This document shows positions 1 to 7,580 of a stretch of DNA of 64,000 nucleotides, in pieces. The notes beneath the pieces are model-generated. The model was not told the DNA's origin and made no database searches. It saw nothing but the letters and a program-made list of their open reading frames with translations. This DNA is from Actinomycetes bacterium (GTDB lineage: Bacteria; Actinomycetota; Actinomycetes; Propionibacteriales; Nocardioidaceae). The stretch is taken from positions 47,670 to 111,669 of the forward strand of contig JAEWOG010000090.1 of the NCBI GenBank assembly GCA_023460975.1, given 5' to 3'. Position 1 is the first letter of the stretch. Each line of letters begins with the position of its first letter. The position numbers and the translations under genes are program-made.

Positions 1-486
1 CGGTTCGGCGCCCGTCGCGTCATGTACTGGACCTTCGCCGTCATGCTCGCGGTGACCGGCATCCTGATGATGCCCAACGGTCACATCGTGATCGCCCACG
101 CCGACGGGACCACCACCGAACACCTCGCCTACAGCCTGGCGCTGGTCCCCTTCGTCGTCCTGGTCTTCGTGCTGGGGTGCGCCATGGGCGTGGGCAAGGC
201 CGCCGTCTACAAGCACATTCCTGAGTACTTCCCCGACAACGTCGGATCCGTGGGCGGCCTGGTGGGCATGCTCGGCGGCCTGGGCGGGTTCTTCCTGCCA
301 CCGCTGTTCGCCTACACCAAGGCGTGGTCCGGATTCCCCTCGAGCACCTTCTTCGTGCTCTTCATCCTCACCGCGATCTGCGCGATCTGGATGCACTGGA
401 CGGTCGTGCACATGTTGCACAACGAGTCGCCCGAACTGGCTCGCCACTTGGAGAGCCCAGCCCAGCCTGAGGAGGCACACGCATGA
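1..486 (+). CDS. narK: NarK-type nitrate/nitrite MFS transporter, C-terminal part (5' end lies outside the window)
   Basis: Frame 1 is open from base 1 (RFGARRVMYW..., an MFS loop-like motif) and continues into ORF 22..486. It has hydrophobic TM segments and a GGLVGMLGGLGGF stretch. Its stop overlaps the next narK start (ATGA at 483-486). Confidence 0.75.
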   Translation, partial: RFGARRVMYWTFAVMLAVTGILMMPNGHIVIAHADGTTTEHLAYSLALVPFVVLVFVLGCAMGVGKAAVYKHIPEYFPDNVGSVGGLVGMLGGLGGFFLPPLFAYTKAWSGFPSSTFFVLFILTAICAIWMHWTVVHMLHNESPELARHLESPAQPEEAHA

Positions 487-1880
487 GCAGTTCAGCACCC
501 GCTCGCAGCGGCGGGGAGTGGTTGGAGTCCTGGGACCCCGAGAACGAGGCAACCTGGAACTCCTCGCTCGCCTGGCGCACCCTGTGGATCACGACGTTCG
601 CCCTGACCCTCGCGTTCGTCGCGTGGTTCCTGCCCAGCGCCATCATCCCGAAGCTGAACGCGCTCGGGTACACGTTCAGCACGAGCCAGCTCTACTGGAT
701 GGCGGCGATGCCCGGTCTGGCGGCCGGACTCTTCCGGCTGGTGTGGATGGTGCTCCCGCCGATCCTGGGCACGCGGAAGATGGTCGCTCTCACGAGCCTG
801 TTGCTCATCCTCTCGACACTGGGATGGGGAGTCCGCGTCACCGAGCCCACGGCCCCGTACTGGGAGCTCATGGTGCTGGCCTTCCTGGCCGGTATCGGTG
901 GCGGCGCCTTCTCCGGGTTCATGCCGAGCACCTCGTACTTCTTCCCGAAGTCGAAGCAGGGCACCGCGCTCGGACTCCAGGCCGGACTCGGCAACTTCGG
1001 TGTCTCCCTGGTCCAGCTCCTCACCCCGTACCTGATCGGCTTCTCGTTCTTGGGCATCCTGGGCGGCAGCCAGATGATGGCCGTCACGGGCAAGGAGCCC
1101 ACTGAGGTCTGGTTCCAGAACGCAGCGTTCATCTGGATCCCGCTCATGATCGTGGCCGCGCTGCTCGCGTGGACGATGCTCAAGTCGGTGCCGATCAAGG
1201 CCAACATCCGCCAGCAGTTCGACATCTTCTCCAACCAGGACACCTGGTGGATGACGCTGCTCTACATCATGACGTTCGGGACCTTCGCCGGACTGTCGGC
1301 CCAGTTCGGGCTCCTGATGAACAACCTGTACGGCAGCGGCAACCCCGACATCGTCGAGGGCGCTGGGGCGACGGCCACGCTGCTGGTCTCCGGCTACGAC
1401 GTGCCCGACCCGGTGAAGTTCGTCTTCCTCGGGCCTCTGGTCGGGGCGGCCGCACGAGTCGTCTTCTCGCCGCTGACCGACCGCATGGGCGGGGCCATCT
1501 GGACGCTGATCTCCGGCATCGGCCTGATCTTCGCGATCGCCTTCACGATCCCGGCGCTCACCCCCGACACCTCCTCGGCCGCCGCGCTGGACAGCGACTT
1601 CTCGCAGTTCTTGTGGGGCATGCTGGCGATCTTCCTGTTCTCCGGGATCGGCAACGCCTCCACCTTCAAGCAGATGCCGATGATCTTCGAACGGCGCCAG
1701 GCTGGCGGCGTGATCGGGTGGACGGCGGCCATCGCTGCCTTCGGTCCGTTCTTCTTCGGCGTCGGCATCAGCACGGTGGGCGCGACCGGCTTCTACGCGG
1801 TGGGCATCGCGTGGGCTCTCATGTGCGTGGTCATCACGTGGATGCGCTACGCCCGCAAGGGCGCGCCGAAGCCCAGTTGA
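483..1880 (+). CDS. narK: NarK-type nitrate/nitrite transporter (MFS), second tandem copy
   Basis: 465-aa polytopic protein. Its N-terminus (WDPENEATWNSSLAWRTLWITTFALTLAFVAWF) and overall pattern are typical of NarK/NasA-family porters. It is translationally coupled to the upstream narK fragment. Confidence 0.85.
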   Translation: MSSSAPARSGGEWLESWDPENEATWNSSLAWRTLWITTFALTLAFVAWFLPSAIIPKLNALGYTFSTSQLYWMAAMPGLAAGLFRLVWMVLPPILGTRKMVALTSLLLILSTLGWGVRVTEPTAPYWELMVLAFLAGIGGGAFSGFMPSTSYFFPKSKQGTALGLQAGLGNFGVSLVQLLTPYLIGFSFLGILGGSQMMAVTGKEPTEVWFQNAAFIWIPLMIVAALLAWTMLKSVPIKANIRQQFDIFSNQDTWWMTLLYIMTFGTFAGLSAQFGLLMNNLYGSGNPDIVEGAGATATLLVSGYDVPDPVKFVFLGPLVGAAARVVFSPLTDRMGGAIWTLISGIGLIFAIAFTIPALTPDTSSAAALDSDFSQFLWGMLAIFLFSGIGNASTFKQMPMIFERRQAGGVIGWTAAIAAFGPFFFGVGISTVGATGFYAVGIAWALMCVVITWMRYARKGAPKPS

Positions 1881-1890
1881 TCGGCCCTCA

Positions 1891-1930
1891 CACAACATCG
1901 GCCCCGGGATGTCCCGGGGCCGATGTTGTG
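1891..1930. terminator. Perfect 18-bp stem / 4-nt loop hairpin between convergent genes (probable bidirectional terminator)
   Basis: cacaacatcggccccggg-atgt-cccggggccgatgttgtg lies 11 nt after the narK stop and before the stop of the minus-strand hemerythrin gene. Confidence 0.7.
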
Positions 1931-1987
1931 TGGCCGGTGGCGAGGTGGCCGATGCGTGGAGTCATGTGGACTCGCTGGCGACCCGCC

Positions 1988-2749
1988 TCAGTCGCGCGTC
2001 AGCAGCAGTCGCCAGGCTTCGGGGCCGCTCTCGAGATACTCGACAGCAAAGGCGCCGTGGTGGCGATCGGCGATCTGGGCCAGCAGCGGGAGCGGGTCGT
2101 GCGGTGCCACGAGCTCGAGTCCGGTGCCCGGACCCACCGCGTCGAGCGCCCCGAAGACCGTGGCGTGTCGAATCGCGTGGGGCACCGTGCGCACATCGAG
2201 CACGAGCCGTTCCTCGTCGCCTCCGCCGCAGCCGCAGGTGTGCCCCGACCCGCAGCCGCCCTCCGGCTCGCCGCCGAGGATCTCGTGCATGCCGTCGAGG
2301 AGCTCGGCGACGGACACCTCAGGGCTGGCGGCCAGCAGCGGAAGGATGAGGTCGTTCTCCTTGGCCAGGTGGCTGGCGAAGATCTCCCACAGCGCCTGGG
2401 CGTCCGTGGCTGCCGCCACGGGGTCGAGCGTGGCGGAGATCTGCTCGACGAGCCGCGTGATGACGGCGTGCTCGGCGACCATCGCCTCCACGAGCAACCG
2501 TCCCTCGGGCAACGCCGCCGCGGCCGGGTACAGGGTCCGCTCCTCCCCCAGCGCGTGCGGGACGAGCTCGCTGGTGCACCACGCCGCGAGTCGGTCCACC
2601 GCGGCGCCGGCCGGCGCGTGGGCCTTGGCTGCGTTGACGACCGCGTCGACGTGCATCTTCAGGGTGCCGGCCATCTCGGCGTGGTGGCTCTCCACAGCCT
2701 CGACCGCGCGGGCGTCGGCTTCGCCGGAGGCGATGAGCAGGTCGGTCAT
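1988..2749 (-). CDS. Hemerythrin-like (HHE cation-binding) domain fused to a DUF2249-like C-terminal domain
   Basis: Internal ATG at 2749 (MTDLLIASGE...) of ORF 1988..3028; the upstream part of that ORF overlaps the divergent regulator. His/Glu-rich helical N-terminal part (HHAEM, EHAVI, ASHLAKEN), then a Cys/His/Gly linker (GGCGSGHTCGCGGG), then LVLDVRTVPHAIRHATVFGALD...LVAPHDPLPLL, which resembles DUF2249. Confidence 0.7.
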   Translation of the reverse strand: MTDLLIASGEADARAVEAVESHHAEMAGTLKMHVDAVVNAAKAHAPAGAAVDRLAAWCTSELVPHALGEERTLYPAAAALPEGRLLVEAMVAEHAVITRLVEQISATLDPVAAATDAQALWEIFASHLAKENDLILPLLAASPEVSVAELLDGMHEILGGEPEGGCGSGHTCGCGGGDEERLVLDVRTVPHAIRHATVFGALDAVGPGTGLELVAPHDPLPLLAQIADRHHGAFAVEYLESGPEAWRLLLTRD

Positions 2750-2810
2750 TGGGTCACTCTCCTTGCTTTTGAAGTTGGACTCTCCTCGGCATTTAACTAC
2801 ACTGGTTTCC

Positions 2811-3560
2811 GTGAAAACTAATCCCGCGGGGACGCGACCTGGGTACGGCCCCAGAGCTGGCCGCGGCAGCGCCGCCCAGCCCCTCTCAGCGGCGCGCGAG
2901 GCCGTTCTCACACTCCTTCGGGAGCAGGCCGAGCCCGTGCGTCTGGACGCGCTCGCCCAGGCCAGCGGGCTGCACCCCAACACCCTGCGCGAGCACCTCG
3001 ACGGCCTGATCCGGCGCGGCCTGGTCACCCGCGAGCAACCGGCCGTACGGGGCCGCGGACGACCCGCGTGGCTCTATCGCGCGACCTCGGACGACGTGGC
3101 CTCGACCCCTGAGTACGCAGGCCTCGCCTCGGCGCTGGCCGCCACGCTGGCGCGGACGAGTCCCGAGCCGGACCGCGTCGCGGATCTCGCGGGACGCGAC
3201 TGGGGAGCTCAACTCGCGGCCGAGAGGGGCGCTCGCGGCGACTCCTCCGGCCAGGACGCGCGACGCGCCGTGGTCGACCTGCTGGACGAACTCGGCTTCG
3301 ACCCGACCTCAACCGACGATCACACCCGGGTGCGCCTGCGCGCCTGCCCCCTTCTCGACGCGGCCCAGCAGTACCCCGAGGTCGTGTGCGCCGTGCACCG
3401 CGGCCTGGCCAGCGGAGCTCTGGACACCTACGCGCGCGAGCCTCACCACGACGTGAGCCTTCTCCCCTTTGCCGAGCCCGGCGCCTGCGTCCTCGATCTG
3501 ACGTCCCTGTCAGCAGCGCCGGACGACCTCACCGACGGCTCGGGCGGGGAACGACGATGA
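2811..3560 (+). CDS. Winged-helix (ArsR/SufR-like) transcriptional regulator with a three-Cys C-terminal domain
   Basis: In-frame GTG at 2811 within ORF 1923..3560, divergent from the hemerythrin gene. wHTH segment LDALAQASGLHPNTLREHLDGLIRRGLVTRE...GRGRPAWLY. The C-terminal part carries C-X13-C-X32-C. Confidence 0.65.
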   Translation: MKTNPAGTRPGYGPRAGRGSAAQPLSAAREAVLTLLREQAEPVRLDALAQASGLHPNTLREHLDGLIRRGLVTREQPAVRGRGRPAWLYRATSDDVASTPEYAGLASALAATLARTSPEPDRVADLAGRDWGAQLAAERGARGDSSGQDARRAVVDLLDELGFDPTSTDDHTRVRLRACPLLDAAQQYPEVVCAVHRGLASGALDTYAREPHHDVSLLPFAEPGACVLDLTSLSAAPDDLTDGSGGERR

Positions 3561-4732
3561 CCGCTGCTCCCCAGGCCACCAGTCCCCAGACCAGCGCGGC
3601 CGACACCACCACTCCAGCCCCGGCGCCCTCCCAGGCACGATCGGAGCGCTCGAGCGGGGCCGGTTTCAGGCTGGTGTTCCTCGTGCCGGGTGCGGTCGCG
3701 CTCCTCGCCGGCCTCGACGCCGCGCTCCTCCTGCTCGGCCTGTGGGCCCCCATCCGCAGCGATCGCCTGCCCGAGGTGCACGGCATCGTCATGGTCCTCG
3801 GCTTCGTCGGCACCCTGATCAGCCTTGAACGCGCCATCGCGCTGGGACGTCTGTGGGGCTATCTCGCGCCAGCCGGACTCGGCGCGGGTGCCCTCCTTCT
3901 CGTCTCGCCCGCTCCCGTGGCCGTCGGGCACACCGCCCTCGTGGTCGGGGCCGCGGCTCTCACCGCGGTCTACGTACCCCTGTGGCGGCGGCAGCGCGAC
4001 GACGCGGTCCTGGTCCAGGCGATGGGTGCCGCGCTCGCCACCGGCGCTGCCGCGATCCTCGCCGCAGGCGCGGCCGTCCCTGATGTCCTGGGCTGGCTCG
4101 TGGGGTTCGTGGTGCTCACGATCGCCGGGGAGCGCCTCGAGTTGGCGCGGATCTCGATGGGCGCCCAGGCCCCGGCGACCCTCGTGGCACTCGCCGCACT
4201 GCTCGTCGCCGGCGTCGTCGCCCTGCTCCTGTGGCCCGCCGTCGGTGCGGCGTTCCTGGGGCTCGCACTCGCGCTCCTGACGGGTTGGTTGGCCCTGCAC
4301 GACGTCGCGCGGGTGACGATTCGCTCGACGGGCCTGCCGCGCTACATGGCCGTGTGCATGATGCTCGCCTACGCCTGGCTGGGCGTCGCAGCAGCCATCT
4401 GGTTGGTCAGCGGTCCGGTGCACGAGGGCCCTGCGTACGACGCCCTGCTCCACGCGGTCTTCCTCGGCTTCACCGTCTCCATGGTCATGGCCCACGCGCC
4501 CGTGATCCTGCCCGCTGTGCTGCGCCGTCCCTTGCCCTACCACCCACTCCTCTTCGTGCCAGTGGGTCTGCTGCACGCCTCCCTGGTCCTGCGGATCTGG
4601 ATCGGAGACGGCCTGGGTCATCCCGACGCCGTCACGCTCGGCGGCGTGCTCAACATCGTCTCGGTGCTCACCTTCATCGTTCTGGCGGCGGCCTCGGCCA
4701 CCGGTCTTCTGTCACCCCGGAGGAACCCCTGA
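3557..4732 (+). CDS. Polytopic membrane protein of unknown function (possibly NnrS-like)
   Basis: The ATG at 3557 overlaps the regulator stop (ATGA). About 10 hydrophobic segments follow a Thr/Pro/Ala-rich N-terminus. Conserved-looking His residues sit in TM segments (VHGIVMVLGF, LHAVFLGFTVSMVMAHAP). Its stop overlaps the nirK start (TGATG at 4730-4734). Confidence 0.6.
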   Translation: MTAAPQATSPQTSAADTTTPAPAPSQARSERSSGAGFRLVFLVPGAVALLAGLDAALLLLGLWAPIRSDRLPEVHGIVMVLGFVGTLISLERAIALGRLWGYLAPAGLGAGALLLVSPAPVAVGHTALVVGAAALTAVYVPLWRRQRDDAVLVQAMGAALATGAAAILAAGAAVPDVLGWLVGFVVLTIAGERLELARISMGAQAPATLVALAALLVAGVVALLLWPAVGAAFLGLALALLTGWLALHDVARVTIRSTGLPRYMAVCMMLAYAWLGVAAAIWLVSGPVHEGPAYDALLHAVFLGFTVSMVMAHAPVILPAVLRRPLPYHPLLFVPVGLLHASLVLRIWIGDGLGHPDAVTLGGVLNIVSVLTFIVLAAASATGLLSPRRNP

Positions 4733-7389
4733 TGCGCAGCAACCCCGGCCCACGCTCTGGTGACCAACTCCAGCGGCGGCGCGGCTTCTGGCCCGCCCGA
4801 GACATCCCGGCCGCGCTGTGGCTGGGTTCGGCGATCGTGGTCGCGCTCGTGCACCCGTGGGTTCCGCTCCCCCGCTGGCTGATGCTCCACCTGCTCCTGC
4901 TGGGAGCCGTGACGCACTCGATCCTCGTGTGGAGCCGGCACTTCGCCGAGGCGCTGCTGCACCTGCCCAACGGGGACCGCGTGATCGAGACGCGTCGCCT
5001 CCTGCTGCACAACGCTGGCGTCCTCGGCGTGATCGGTGGCCAGCTCAGCGGCACCTGGACCCTCACCCTCCTCGGCGCCGCCGCCGTCGTCGGCGCGGTC
5101 ACCTGGCACGCCGCAGACCTGTTGCGCGGCATGCGGCGGGCCCTGCCGGGACGCTTCGCAGGGACGGTCCGGCACTACGTCGCGGCCGCATGCTTCCTCC
5201 CGGTCGGAGCGACCCTGGGCGTCCTGCTCGCCCGGTCCCCCGGCGATCCATGGCACACCCGCATGCTCCTGTCCCACATCAGCATCAACCTGCTCGGGTG
5301 GGTGGGACTGAGCGTCGTGGGCACTCTCGTCACGCTGTGGCCCACCATGCTCCGCACCCGGATCGCGCCCGATGCGGAGGCCACCTCCGCACGCGCTCTT
5401 CCCGTGCTCGTGGGCTCCGTGGCGCTCACGGCGACGCTCGCCCTGGTCGGGCCGCCGCGGCTGGTGGCTGTGGGTCTGGCCGGCTACCTGCTCGGCCTGC
5501 TGCTCGCGGCACAGCCGCTCGTGCACATCGCGCGACGTACGCCCCCGACCGCCTTCGCGCCCCTCTCGGTGGGCGCCTCCTACGTCTGGCTGGTGGGATC
5601 CCTGGCGGCTCTGACGTACGGCACTGCCACCGCCGACTCCTGGCCCGAGGTGGCCTCCTCGCTGGGGTGGCTGGTGCCCTTCTTCGCGGTGGGCTTCGGT
5701 GCTCAGGTGCTCCTGGGTGCCCTGAGCCACCTGCTGCCGGTGTCGCTGGGAGGTGGCGCACGTCCCGTACGAGCGGCTGAGCGTGCCATCAACTCCGCAG
5801 CATCGCTGCGAGTGACGACGACCAACGCAGCCCTGCTCGTGTGCGCACTCCCGGTCCCCAGCCTCGTACGAGTGCTGGCATCGGTGGTGGTCCTCGTCAG
5901 CCTCGGCAGCGCCATCGCCTTGCTCGGCGTGGGCATACGTGCGTCCTGGTCGGTCCAGCGCCAGCCCCGCGAGGACCGTCCTCGCGAGGCCGCGGCGCCC
6001 CGTGCCAGCGCCGGCTTGGCGGGCGCCGGCGTCGCCCTGGTGGCGCTCACGGTCGCCTTCGGCGTCGCCCTGGACCCGGGCGCGGCCCTGCGCGGCACCT
6101 CTGCATCCGCCGGTGTCGAGCCGACCGGCCACACGACCACGGTCGAGGTCGTCGCCAAGGACATGCGCTTCACGCCGGACGTGATCGAGGTCCCCGCGGG
6201 TGATCGGCTCGTGGTCGTGGTCGTCAACGCCGACGCATCGGACGTGCACGACCTCGCCCTGGACGACGGCACCCGCACCGGACGCCTTTCGCCCGGCGAG
6301 AGCGAGCAGATCGAGGTCGACGTGGTGGGGCGCGATCTGGCGGGCTGGTGCACCGTGGCGGGCCACCGCCAGATGGGCATGACCCTGGACGTACGGGTTC
6401 TCGGCGGCGCCACGACGGCCCTGGCCGGAGGCGGCAGCGACCTCGACTCCGAGGCCGGGCACGCCGGCCACACCATGCACGGGGACGCCCAGGGCGCGAC
6501 CGAGGAGGCCGACGCGGCCGACGATCTCGACTTCATGGCTTCCCCCGAGGACGGGTTCCGTGCACGGGACGCAGCGTTGCCCCCACTGGGGTCGACCACG
6601 GTTCATCGGCGCACCCTGACGGTGACGGAGGTCGAGCGCGAGGTCGCGCCCGGCGTGACCCAGCGGCTGTGGACCTTCGGCGGCGAAGCCCCGGGCCCGA
6701 CGCTGCACGGACGCGTGGGAGACGTCTTCGAGATCACCCTGGTCAACGACGGGACCATCGGCCACTCCATCGACTTCCATGCGGGAGCCCTGGCACCGGA
6801 TCGCCCCATGCGCACGATCGCGCCCGGCGCCTCGCTCACCTACCGGTTCACCGCGCAGCGTGCGGGGATCTGGATGTATCACTGCTCGTCGATGCCGATG
6901 TCCAGCCACATCGCCAACGGCATGTTCGGCGCCGTGGTGATCGAGCCTGAGGACCTCCCGCCGGTGGATCGTTCGTACGTCCTGGTCCAGTCCGAGTTCT
7001 ACCTCGGAGCGCCCGGCGGCGAGGTGGACGCGCAGAAGGTCGCCGAGGAGCGGCCCGACGCGGTGGTGTTCAACGGGTACGCCAACCAGTACGTCCACGA
7101 CCCGATCCGCGCGCGGGTGGGTGAGCGGGTGCGCTTCTGGGTGCTCGACGCCGGCCCCAACCGTCCGACCTCCTTCCACATCGTCGGCGGCCAGTTCGAC
7201 ACCATGTGGTTCGAGGGCGCCTACCACCTGCGGCGCGGCAGCGGCGGCGCCCAGGCGCTGGGCCTGCAGGCCGCTCAGGGGGGATTCGTCGAGCTGAGTT
7301 TTCCCGAGGCGGGCAACTACCCCCTGGTCTCGCACCTGATGGTCGATGCCGAGCGCGGCGCCAAGGGGATCGTGGCCGTCACCGAGTGA
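4732..7389 (+). CDS. nirK: Copper-containing nitrite reductase NirK with an N-terminal polytopic membrane domain and an internal cupredoxin domain
   Basis: ATG at 4732 inside ORF 4231..7389. Roughly aa 1-430 is multi-TM. The cupredoxin module lies at about nt 6131-6405 (HDL...CTVAGHRQMGM). The NirK core lies at about nt 6603-7386, with type-1/type-2 Cu ligand motifs HSIDFH, YHCSSMPMSSHIANGM and FHIVGG. Confidence 0.85.
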   Translation: MRSNPGPRSGDQLQRRRGFWPARDIPAALWLGSAIVVALVHPWVPLPRWLMLHLLLLGAVTHSILVWSRHFAEALLHLPNGDRVIETRRLLLHNAGVLGVIGGQLSGTWTLTLLGAAAVVGAVTWHAADLLRGMRRALPGRFAGTVRHYVAAACFLPVGATLGVLLARSPGDPWHTRMLLSHISINLLGWVGLSVVGTLVTLWPTMLRTRIAPDAEATSARALPVLVGSVALTATLALVGPPRLVAVGLAGYLLGLLLAAQPLVHIARRTPPTAFAPLSVGASYVWLVGSLAALTYGTATADSWPEVASSLGWLVPFFAVGFGAQVLLGALSHLLPVSLGGGARPVRAAERAINSAASLRVTTTNAALLVCALPVPSLVRVLASVVVLVSLGSAIALLGVGIRASWSVQRQPREDRPREAAAPRASAGLAGAGVALVALTVAFGVALDPGAALRGTSASAGVEPTGHTTTVEVVAKDMRFTPDVIEVPAGDRLVVVVVNADASDVHDLALDDGTRTGRLSPGESEQIEVDVVGRDLAGWCTVAGHRQMGMTLDVRVLGGATTALAGGGSDLDSEAGHAGHTMHGDAQGATEEADAADDLDFMASPEDGFRARDAALPPLGSTTVHRRTLTVTEVEREVAPGVTQRLWTFGGEAPGPTLHGRVGDVFEITLVNDGTIGHSIDFHAGALAPDRPMRTIAPGASLTYRFTAQRAGIWMYHCSSMPMSSHIANGMFGAVVIEPEDLPPVDRSYVLVQSEFYLGAPGGEVDAQKVAEERPDAVVFNGYANQYVHDPIRARVGERVRFWVLDAGPNRPTSFHIVGGQFDTMWFEGAYHLRRGSGGAQALGLQAAQGGFVELSFPEAGNYPLVSHLMVDAERGAKGIVAVTE

Positions 7390-7462
7390 GATGGCCCCCG
7401 GTGCCGAGTCGGCGCGAGGGTGCAGTAATGTTCACCGCGCTGTCCGGCTCGGCCGGGCGCAT

Positions 7463-7536
<74 letters not shown>

Positions 7537-7538
<2 letters not shown>

Positions 7539-7564
7539 TCTCCACCAGGAGCATCTCCACCAGG
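7537..7564 (+). repeat. 13-bp direct repeat (catctccaccagg, two copies, period 15) starting in the tRNA CCA end
   Basis: Copies at 7537-7549 and 7552-7564, read directly from the sequence. Confidence 0.6.
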
Positions 7565-7580
7565 GTCTGGGGGCGCGTTC

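Noticed and set aside
1923-2810. N-terminal extensions of track ORFs. Examples: 1923..3560, 3386..4732, 4231..7389, 20896..22269, 22094..23098, 32153..37375, 53188..57255, 57218..59449.
   Set aside because: The extended parts overlap well-supported neighbouring genes in another frame or strand and are low-complexity. Internal ATG/GTG starts give stop/start coupling with the upstream gene and N-termini that match the families.
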